A stretch of DNA of 24,000 bases from Halorubrum virus HRTV-2. Below are positions 16,671-23,545 of the stretch, in pieces (the first letter of the stretch is position 1; every line of letters begins with the position of its first letter). The DNA is taken from the sequence record MZ334517.1. One strand, 5' to 3'. Both the position numbers and the translations under genes were made by a program. The notes under the pieces are model-generated. The model ran no database searches, was not told the DNA's origin, and saw only the letters and a program-made list of their open reading frames with translations.

Positions 16671-16716
16671 AGCCGGAGGGGAGTCGAACCCCTCGGGGGC
16701 CTGATTACCCGCGGCT
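16671..16716 (-). other. tRNA-like mini-element
   Basis: Minus strand AGCCG - CGGGTAATCAGGCCCCC - GAGGGG TTCGACT CCCCTC - CGGCT. Confidence 0.5.
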
Positions 16717-16904
16717 TAGTTCTCGGAGTAGTCGTCGGCGGCGTCGTCCACGATGTCGTGAAGCGAGTCTATCGCTTCATCGAGTTCGTCCCAGTCGTCC
16801 GGGTGAAGCGTCTGCTTCAGTCCTTCGAGGTCGTCAACGTGGTCGTGCCATCGCTCGCGGAATACCTCGGGGTCGTCGGTCGTTGTCATTACTCCAGCCC
16901 CCAC
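16716..16904 (-). CDS. Small acidic protein, about 57-62 aa
   Basis: ORF ending TTDDPEVFRERWHDHVDDLEGL...DDYSEN. Confidence 0.65.
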   Translation of the reverse strand: MGAGVMTTTDDPEVFRERWHDHVDDLEGLKQTLHPDDWDELDEAIDSLHDIVDDAADDYSEN

Positions 16905-17683
16905 ACGAAGTCTTCGAGGTCGTCCATCGCGTCGAACTCGGGGTAGTAGCGTTTCACGGGGTAAGCGTCTGCGTGGATGACTGTTAAGTCGTTCGCCCCT
17001 CCGTCGAGTTCGGCGTCGTTACGACGCCGCAGTTCGCTCAGGTAGAAGTTGTGGGCCTTCGCCGACGAGGTGTGCCACATCCGGCGCGACTTCGTGGTCG
17101 TTGCCATCTGTTGCCCCTCCTCCATCCAGAGGTCGAAGGCGATTTCGACCTCGTAGAGCGTGAACTTCAGCATCTCATCCCAAAGGCGGCGGCGGGTGTC
17201 TACGTTTTCCGCGCCGTACTCCTCGGCCAGTATTTGCCGAAGGACGAGTTCACGAGCGAAGTCTTCGGGGTGGTCGTAGGGGACGTTTTGGGCGTAGTGA
17301 ACCTGTTCACGGACGATTTCCTCGCCGAGCCACGCCGGGAGGTCTTCGACCTCGTAGGACACTATTCGAGCGAACTCTCCGGGCGACGAAGCGTTACGCT
17401 CGCTGATGCTTTGCTCTGCCCACGAAGTGATGAGCCGCCGGAGGCCCTGAAAGCACTCGCCATCGGTTCGCACGACGTTCTCGATGGTGACTCGGGTGAT
17501 GCCGTTCTCGGGGTCGGGGGACAACGCCCCCAACACGTCGCTTCGCGTTACCGGCTCTACCCCCGCTTCGGGGTCGCCATCCCGCAGGATTCGGGCCACG
17601 TCTCGGGGGCCGAGGTAGGTCAGCACTTCATCCACAAGGTCTTTCGCGCGGTCGTTGTCGTCGGTGGTGTCGTTGTGACTCAT
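16889..17683 (-). CDS. Hypothetical protein (MSHNDTTDDNDRAKDLVDEVL...), about 264 aa
   Basis: ORF, start refined to internal ATG at 17683. Confidence 0.75.
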   Translation of the reverse strand: MSHNDTTDDNDRAKDLVDEVLTYLGPRDVARILRDGDPEAGVEPVTRSDVLGALSPDPENGITRVTIENVVRTDGECFQGLRRLITSWAEQSISERNASSPGEFARIVSYEVEDLPAWLGEEIVREQVHYAQNVPYDHPEDFARELVLRQILAEEYGAENVDTRRRLWDEMLKFTLYEVEIAFDLWMEEGQQMATTTKSRRMWHTSSAKAHNFYLSELRRRNDAELDGGANDLTVIHADAYPVKRYYPEFDAMDDLEDFVWGLE

Positions 17684-17916
17684 CGGTTTTCCTCCATAAT
17701 CCGCGAGGGGCTGATGGCATAGCCATCGCCGTTCTTCCACACGTTCTTCTCGTCAACTTCGACCATCTCGCCGCCGTCGAGCAGGATGGTGTACCGGGGG
17801 CCAGCATCGAGGACTTCGCCGACCACGACGCCTTCCCACGGGATTTCAGCCATCACTTCATCGCCGGTTTCGGGCATCTCCATCCCGGCCAGTTCGCCGA
17901 GCGAAGCGGCGCTCAT
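17680..17916 (-). CDS. Small protein (MSAASLGELAGMEMPETGDEVMAEIPWEG...), 78 aa
   Basis: C-terminal part of ORF 17680..18129; the upstream extension is an out-of-frame shadow of the next gene. Confidence 0.65.
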   Translation of the reverse strand: MSAASLGELAGMEMPETGDEVMAEIPWEGVVVGEVLDAGPRYTILLDGGEMVEVDEKNVWKNGDGYAISPSRIMEENR

Positions 17917-18203
17917 AGGCCCACCCCCTCGGGGCTGGTGCGGCCTGTGTAACAGGTCACTTTGGCCTTTGCCCACTTCAGGAGGCCCCGGAACGCTTCC
18001 TCGCTGTCGATGATGAGGTAGGAGCCGCCCTTTCGCTCGCCGTCGGCTTCGACGTGAATCGAGTTGTTTTCGCGGATGAACAGCAGGCCCTCGAAGTCTT
18101 CCACGCCGCTGATGCCGAACCACAGGCACTCTAAGCGGGTGGCGAGGAGTTCGTCTTCAGTAGTCGGTTCAGGTGTTTCGTCCGGGTTCTTGCTTGCGAA
18201 CAT
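17913..18203 (-). CDS. Hypothetical protein, 96 aa
   Basis: ORF preceded by leader box GGACACAACCTTCCAAAA-ATG. Confidence 0.75.
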   Translation of the reverse strand: MFASKNPDETPEPTTEDELLATRLECLWFGISGVEDFEGLLFIRENNSIHVEADGERKGGSYLIIDSEEAFRGLLKWAKAKVTCYTGRTSPEGVGL

Positions 18204-18306
18204 TTTTGGAAGGTTGTGTCCCCCCGATGAGGCTGGCCGTCCCGCCGCCGGGGGAAGGCGGTGGGGTCATCGCCAAGATTTCACGCTATCGCTTCAATTC
18301 TTTGCG

Positions 18307-18489
18307 TCAGAAGTCCGGGCCGAAGCGGCGACGCCGCTCGGTTTCCAGACTTATGTCACCGGCATCAACAGGCCGGTCGTCTCGGACATCTTCGATGATG
18401 TCTATAACTTGTTTGTAACTCACGAGGCCGTGGTCTCGTTCGAGTTCATTAATGCGCCGTTCGACTTCATCGAGTTTTCTTTCAGGCAT
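18307..18489 (-). CDS. Hypothetical coiled protein, 60 aa
   Basis: ORF; tightly coupled to upstream gene. Confidence 0.65.
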   Translation of the reverse strand: MPERKLDEVERRINELERDHGLVSYKQVIDIIEDVRDDRPVDAGDISLETERRRRFGPDF

Positions 18490-18813
18490 TTAAACCACTT
18501 CTCCGTTCAGCAGTCGCTCGCGGTTCCCCGTCTTGCCATCCTCGACCGACTCCCAGTAGGAGTCGGGGATGTGTCGGGGGTCGTAATGCTCGTGAAGCCG
18601 CCGCTCGTCTTTCGGGGCTTCGGCTTCACGCTTTCGCCGCATCTCCTCGCGCCGTTCCCGGTTCGTGCGACCATCGGCGATGTACGCCTCGGTTTCCTGC
18701 CGGGAGAGGTTCGGGCCGGTGGCCCGCTCGTTAACGTTCGCGCTAACCGTCTTCAGTCCGGGGTCGCTCAGTTCTGCGAACTGGCTCCGGTGGTTCCAGT
18801 CGTCGTCACTCAT
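18490..18813 (-). CDS. Hypothetical charged protein, 107 aa
   Basis: ORF in gene series. Confidence 0.7.
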   Translation of the reverse strand: MSDDDWNHRSQFAELSDPGLKTVSANVNERATGPNLSRQETEAYIADGRTNRERREEMRRKREAEAPKDERRLHEHYDPRHIPDSYWESVEDGKTGNRERLLNGEVV

Positions 18814-19084
18814 TATTAATGACTACCGCGACTTGTTCGATGTCTTCGGCGACCCCCCGCTCCATCAACTTCGGGAGTTCTTGAAGGTATGCCGTATGAA
18901 CAGCGAACGTTACCATCGTGAGAGAGGTCGTCAGGGCTTCGTTCCACAAGATTCGGAACTCGCCGACATTACACCCCACTTCCTGAAGTTCTCGGGCGAC
19001 TTGCTGTTCCGCGTTGTCACCGTTGTCTGAAGCGACAGTCGCGGCGAACGTTTGGTACTCGAAGGGCTTGTCTCTGAAGTTCAT
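18806..19084 (-). CDS. Hypothetical protein, 92 aa
   Basis: ORF in gene series. Confidence 0.7.
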   Translation of the reverse strand: MNFRDKPFEYQTFAATVASDNGDNAEQQVARELQEVGCNVGEFRILWNEALTTSLTMVTFAVHTAYLQELPKLMERGVAEDIEQVAVVINNE

Positions 19085-19457
19085 TATTCCACGACCCCCA
19101 CAACGTCGTAGCCGGGTTCCGAGCCGCCTTCGCTTTCGGCCTGCTCGTGGCTCTCGAAGGGGCCAGCCACCACCGGAAGGGAAATCACGTCTTCGTTAGT
19201 GAGTTCGGGCCTCGTTTCGTGTACCTCTCCGATGAGTTCCACGATGTAGAAGACCTCTTTAGACCCGGCGGGGTCATCGGGTTTCTGCTCGATTTGTTTC
19301 CGAAGGGCTACTAACGCTTCGTCTACATCCTTCCGAGTTAGCCTCTCTCCGTTAGAGACTACGACGGCTTCGTCTTCGTCAAAGTGGAAGGCGTCTTCGT
19401 TCATCTTGCTATTCGCGTATTCGGCGACTACTTCAATCGGGTTCATTTCGCTCATTT
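19084..19457 (-). CDS. Acidic hypothetical protein (MSEMNPIEVVAEYANSK...), about 123 aa
   Basis: Internal ATG at 19457; the upstream portion of ORF 19542 is a tRNA-like element/leader, not protein-like. Confidence 0.7.
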
Positions 19458-19482
19458 CTGTGCGCCGTTGTGGCGCGAGGCC

Positions 19483-19527
19483 CGGTGGGGGTCGTGAACC
19501 CCCCGGCGGCATTACCGCGTCCGGGTT
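19483..19527 (-). other. tRNA-like mini-element
   Basis: Minus strand CCCGG(A) - CGCGGTAATGCCGCCG - GGGGG TTCACGA CCCCC - (A)CCGGG; linker forms GCGG-TAATG-CCGC. Confidence 0.55.
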
Positions 19528-19577
19528 GTGTCGCTGAAGCAATTAACCCCGTAGGAGTTAAATCTTTGCTTCAGACT

Positions 19578-20627
19578 TCAGAGGCCGACCATCTCTTTCG
19601 CTTCCTCGATGGGAACGCCGTCGTCCTCGTGAAGCGACATCGCCATCTTCACCTTCGTCGCTTTGCCGACATCCTTCGAGCCGTCAACAGCCACGGCTTC
19701 GGCCTCGGCTTCGCCGCCGTCGTCGTTGCCGAAGAACGCCGCGGCGTCGTTGTCGGGGGCCGACTGCTTGGCCTGCTCGGCCTTTTCGAGCAGGCGGTTG
19801 TGGCGGCCTTCGAGTGCCTTCAGGGCGGTGCTACGGTTGTCCATCTCCTTCTCGACCCGAATCATCGTGTAAACCACGTCTTTGTCTTCGAGGTCGGTGA
19901 TGAGTTCGCGGATTTCTTCAACGTTCATCTCGCCGGGGATGGGGAAGCCCTCCAGTTCGGCATCGAGGACTTCGGGGCTGATGCCGAGGGCGTCGGCGGC
20001 TTTCTCGAAGTCGGTCATCTCCGGCTCGGCGACTTCGGCGACCTCCGGCTCATCGGGAATCTGTTCGAGCAGTTCGAGGGCGGCTTCGAGGTGGCCCTCG
20101 TTCTGAACCAGAACGGGGAGCGTCGTCCCGTCTATGACGGGGAGCAGGAGGGGGAGGCCCATACCGAGGTCGTCGGTGTCTCCCTCCTCCCAGTCGTCCG
20201 TTTTCCCTTCCTGCGCCTTTAGCGCGGCGAGGATGCCGGGGTCAATCTCCTCCGTCTCGATGGTGGGGAGTTCGTGGCCGAACTCCGCGGCGTAGCCGTC
20301 GTCCCGCCCGAAGTTGATGCCGAAGGGGTTCTCGTCCTTCTGCCGGGCACCGAGGGGCTTCTTCACTTCGTGAAGGGCCTTCATCCACTCGACTTGGGGG
20401 TCGAGTTCGTCTTTGCCAGTCCACGAGGTTTCGAGGTCGGGGTGGGCCTTCACGAACGCCGTTGCCGCGGCTTTCGTGTGACCGAGGCTGACGTAGTAGT
20501 CCGAAGTTTCGTTCGCCACCACTTCGGGGGTGTCGTCGTCCGATGACGCCGAAGGCGTCGAAGCGTCGCTGTCGTCGTTGTTTCCAAAGAACTGTTCCGC
20601 GGCCTGAGTGTAGCGGTTTTCGCTCAT
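19578..20627 (-). CDS. Acidic protein, 349 aa, FFGN motif near both termini
   Basis: ORF; leader GGCGGGACACAACCGAAA-ATG. Confidence 0.8.
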   Translation of the reverse strand: MSENRYTQAAEQFFGNNDDSDASTPSASSDDDTPEVVANETSDYYVSLGHTKAAATAFVKAHPDLETSWTGKDELDPQVEWMKALHEVKKPLGARQKDENPFGINFGRDDGYAAEFGHELPTIETEEIDPGILAALKAQEGKTDDWEEGDTDDLGMGLPLLLPVIDGTTLPVLVQNEGHLEAALELLEQIPDEPEVAEVAEPEMTDFEKAADALGISPEVLDAELEGFPIPGEMNVEEIRELITDLEDKDVVYTMIRVEKEMDNRSTALKALEGRHNRLLEKAEQAKQSAPDNDAAAFFGNDDGGEAEAEAVAVDGSKDVGKATKVKMAMSLHEDDGVPIEEAKEMVGL

Positions 20628-20699
20628 TTTCGGTTGTGTCCCGCCATTAACGCTGGCGTGGCTTTTCGCGCACTCTTGTTCGCCGGGAGTGCGAGCCGG

Positions 20700-20759
20700 G
20701 GTCAGGGGGTCGCGTGCCTAATTCCACGCGACCCCTTACTGACCTGTAAGTCCGGTCAG
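20700..20759 (-). promoter_or_regulatory. Candidate attenuator-like leader: two mutually exclusive hairpins
   Basis: Plus-strand order GGTCAG-[GGGGTCGCGTG-CCTAATTC-CACGCGACCCC]-TTA-CTGACC-TGTAAGTCC-GGTCAG; central CTGACC can pair with either GGTCAG. Confidence 0.5.
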
Positions 20760-20884
20760 GTTGCGAGCCATCATCGTCGTGAGTAATCCTTTCGCGCTAC
20801 CTTTCCCACCCTCATCGGGTGGTACTCGTCACCGAAGGTGCTACCGTTGCGCCGTTGGTTTGCGGGTTCCTGTCGGGGCTAACT

Positions 20885-20896
20885 CTCTTTAAAGAG
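20885..20896 (-). promoter_or_regulatory. Candidate TATA-like palindrome CTCTTTAAAGAG for the leftward gene series
   Basis: TTTAAA core in intergenic DNA upstream of the first minus-strand gene. Confidence 0.4.
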
Positions 20897-21085
20897 GACT
20901 CCTCCGATGGGGTTCCGGGCGTGTTTCCTGCCCTTTTTTCGCGTTGTCGGTAACTCCACGTCGTGGGGGGTTCACCTCTCGGTGGCCTTTCCTCGACGCT
21001 TCAGCGTCCCGATTTCCGCGGCGGTTGACTTTGGCTCGGTGGTATCTCGGGGGTTCCATCGCCGGTCGGTCTTCGTCAGGTCGTC

Positions 21086-21119
21086 GTTCGTGACTCGAAC
21101 CCCTTCGGGGGTCACGAAC
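21086..21119. other. Long compound hairpin GTTCGTGAC-TCGAA-CCCC-TTC-GGGG-GTCACGAAC
   Basis: 9-bp outer arms and inner ACCCC-TTCG-GGGGT option (UUCG tetraloop on plus strand). Confidence 0.6.
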
Positions 21120-21539
21120 TCGCTTTCCGCACTTCGGTCGAATCCACTTCTGCCCTTTGGGCCTTCATCCTGCTTACGCTTTCAGAAGGGTTCCAAAGGG
21201 GGGTGCTGGTCTGCCATTAGGGCACGAATTAATCACCGTGTCCGAGTTTCACTCACCGTCCCCGCTAAGGGCACATCCGGGGAAGTCCCGAGGTGGGATG
21301 TATTCGGGGGTGCGCGCCTACTTCCACATCCACGTCCCGTAAGGGACGCTTCGGCGTCGCCCGAAGACCGCGACGGGGCTTGCTTAAGATACGTGGGGTT
21401 TGGGGTCGAACTAAGCGTGGTCGCACCCCCAAAGGGGGCCACACGCCTTTTAGGTATTCGGCGGCTACTACCACGCTCCACCCCATAGGGGTGAAGCCCG
21501 AGCAACCGTCCCCGTTTTAGCCCCTCTTAACATCGGCGA

Positions 21540-21717
21540 GGTTCCAAAGGAACCAGCGTTGGTCTGAGGGGCATCCACTTCGCGTTGAAATAACGCGGGT
21601 AACGTACCTGACGACCGCCGGGAGGGGGGAAGACCCCCTAACACGCCAAACGTGTGTGCGGTCATCGTCGTCACGCCGGAGCCGTCGGGGAAGTCCCGAG
21701 TCGCCGCGACCGGCGAC
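21540..21717 (+). ncRNA. Candidate structured noncoding RNA: six consecutive perfect hairpins
   Basis: GGTTCC-AAA-GGAACC; CGCGTT-GAAAT-AACGCG; GGGGG-AAGA-CCCCC; ACACG-CCAAA-CGTGT; TCGGG-GAAGT-CCCGA; GTCGCCG-CGAC-CGGCGAC, plus a GACCGC/GCGGTC stem enclosing two of them. Confidence 0.4.
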
Positions 21718-21780
21718 CGTCCGTGCGAGAGAGGCAGTTTGTCGTAGGATGGGAGGGAACATAAACCTATCGCTACATGA

Positions 21781-21811
21781 CAGGTACACTATACGGAGTA
21801 TAGTGTACCTG
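21781..21811. repeat. 31-bp perfect palindrome CAGGTACACTATAC-GGA-GTATAGTGTACCTG
   Basis: 14/14 complementary arms with 3-bp spacer. Confidence 0.9.
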
Positions 21812-22167
21812 AGTAGGCAATCGTGAGACGAGGTAGCACGGTATGAGTAAGTCGTACCACCGGCTACTATTCACCGTCAGGAGAGACGAGGAAAAGCCGA
21901 AATCGACAGGCTGAGGGGGTTGAGAGTACCGAATCGCCGAATCTGTCGAAAACCGCCGAAAACCGGAAACCGTACAGCGTCGGGCTGAGAGTGCCGAAAA
22001 CCGGATAGTTGCTGTGTTGAGTCGGCGGAATCAAGTCGGAGGAATCGACGGAGAAAGCGGCAAGAACCGCCGGAGACTCCGGGGAGAGTCGGGGGGTAGA
22101 GTTCTACATAGTAGAGTAAAAGGAGGGGGGCCTCGGCTCTTTCCAGAACTACTGATTATTAGGGCCA

Positions 22168-22202
22168 CCCCGACCCCCGACCCCCGACTCCCGACTCCCG
22201 AC
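22168..22202. repeat. Tandem 7-mer (CCCCGAC)3(TCCCGAC)2 with G-quadruplex potential on the minus strand
   Basis: Direct reading; followed by a polypyrimidine tract to about 22229. Confidence 0.8.
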
Positions 22203-22617
22203 CCTCTCCCTTCCCTCTCTCTCTTACTGTTGTAACTCTCCCTTTAGACGGCGGGGTCATCGAGTTTAAACAGAGTTTAGGGGGCCTCGGGGTTTCCAGC
22301 GGGGGCCATAGCCTTCGGCTCACCCCCGGAGTTCGGCTCACCCCCGGCTTTCGCCCCGAGCCTCCGGCTCGCCGAGCCGGTCGCCGATGAGGCCCGCGAA
22401 GCGGCTGACCCCCGAAGGGGGTGCGCGTTGCTAAATTCGCGGGGGGTGGGGGGCCTCGCGCGCGAAAGTTCCGCGCGACCCCCCGCGCGCTTGCGATTTA
22501 CGCGCGGCTATGGGGGTCGCGCGCGAAAAAAATGCGCGAGCGCACGCGAAGCGGCGGAGCCGCTTGGGGGGTGGTGCCTCGCAAAAAAAGCCGCGACCGC
22601 TTAAGCCCCGAAGGGGC

Positions 22618-23379
22618 TTACTGAACCGCTTCGAGGGCTTCCTCGGGGTTCTTGCCACCCTCTATGAGGGTGGCGAAGATGTCGTTCTCACCTTCGGTGA
22701 GGGTCGTCAGGTGGAAGCCGGTCTTCTTACGAAGACAGCCAGCACAGAACGGCTTAAAGCCGTTTTCATCGAAGTTCCGACCAATCGGAGATTGGTCGTG
22801 GTCGTGGTGGTCGGCAGGACACTCGCCGCCAAAGGCGGCGTAGTCCTCGCCGTCTTCCAGACGGTCTTTGACCGTCTCGATGACCCCTTCGGGGTCGTTC
22901 TCGAACTCCTTACGGAGTTCGTCCTGTTCGTCCTTCGGAAGTTCTCCGAACTTCCGGTCGTCTTCGACGGCTTCGCCGTCGGTGTTGGCGACCTCGACGG
23001 CCTCACTCCCTTCGGGAGTGGCCCCCAACTCTACGAGTTGGTCGATGATGTGTTGCTTGTCACCGAAGGTGACACCCCAGTTCTTGGCCTTCGACTGGAA
23101 CTTGTTCCAGTCGTCAGATGCCACCTTTGTCCAAGCCTCCCGAAGGGAGGCTTCATCGACGGCTTCGCCGTCCGGGGCGTCATCGGGTTCAGACCCCTTC
23201 GGGGTCTGCGTCTCAGGCTCCTTCGGAGCCTGCGGCTCGGATTCCACGACCCCGAACTCCTTACGGAGTTCCGTTCCGTCGTCCATTTCGACCACGATGG
23301 CAACCCCCGTTGGGGTTGCGAACTTCGCCGCGTTGTTCAGCCACGATGCCACTTCGTCGGCCACTTTGTCTTTCGACAT
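22618..23379 (-). CDS. Acidic protein with C-terminal C/H cluster, 253 aa
   Basis: ORF; GECPADHHDHDQ...FCAGCLRKKTG; TATA-like CTTTAAGTA about 25-30 nt upstream suggests a leaderless transcript. Confidence 0.8.
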   Translation of the reverse strand: MSKDKVADEVASWLNNAAKFATPTGVAIVVEMDDGTELRKEFGVVESEPQAPKEPETQTPKGSEPDDAPDGEAVDEASLREAWTKVASDDWNKFQSKAKNWGVTFGDKQHIIDQLVELGATPEGSEAVEVANTDGEAVEDDRKFGELPKDEQDELRKEFENDPEGVIETVKDRLEDGEDYAAFGGECPADHHDHDQSPIGRNFDENGFKPFCAGCLRKKTGFHLTTLTEGENDIFATLIEGGKNPEEALEAVQ

Positions 23380-23537
23380 AGCGACTGGTCGTTGGGGGGG
23401 AGGGTACTTAAAGCCGTCGGTCGGTTAGCGCGGGAGGGACTCGCGCCGCATAATGCGCGCGGTCCCCGCGCCCACCGACCAGCCGGTTTGTTTCGGGCTT
23501 GATACGTCGAACGAAAGGCCGGAAAAAAGACGGGGAG

Positions 23538-23545
23538 TATATAAA
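23538..23545 (+). promoter_or_regulatory. TATA-box-like TATATAAA
   Basis: GGGGAGTATATAAACCCCC in otherwise very GC-rich noncoding DNA. Confidence 0.5.

Noticed and set aside
18212-18290. Hairpin CCGCC-TTCCCCC-GGCGG as another tRNA-like element
   Set aside because: T-arm-like hairpin present, but I could not find an acceptor-like stem joined by a linker, so it was not counted in the family.
19470-20222. Plus-strand 250-aa ORF
   Set aside because: Shadow of the 349-aa minus-strand acidic protein.
20907-21488. 193-aa plus-strand ORF and overlapping minus ORFs in 20.9-21.8 kb
   Set aside because: Not acidic, low-complexity and interrupted by many compact hairpins; better explained as noncoding, though a decayed mobile-element gene cannot be excluded.
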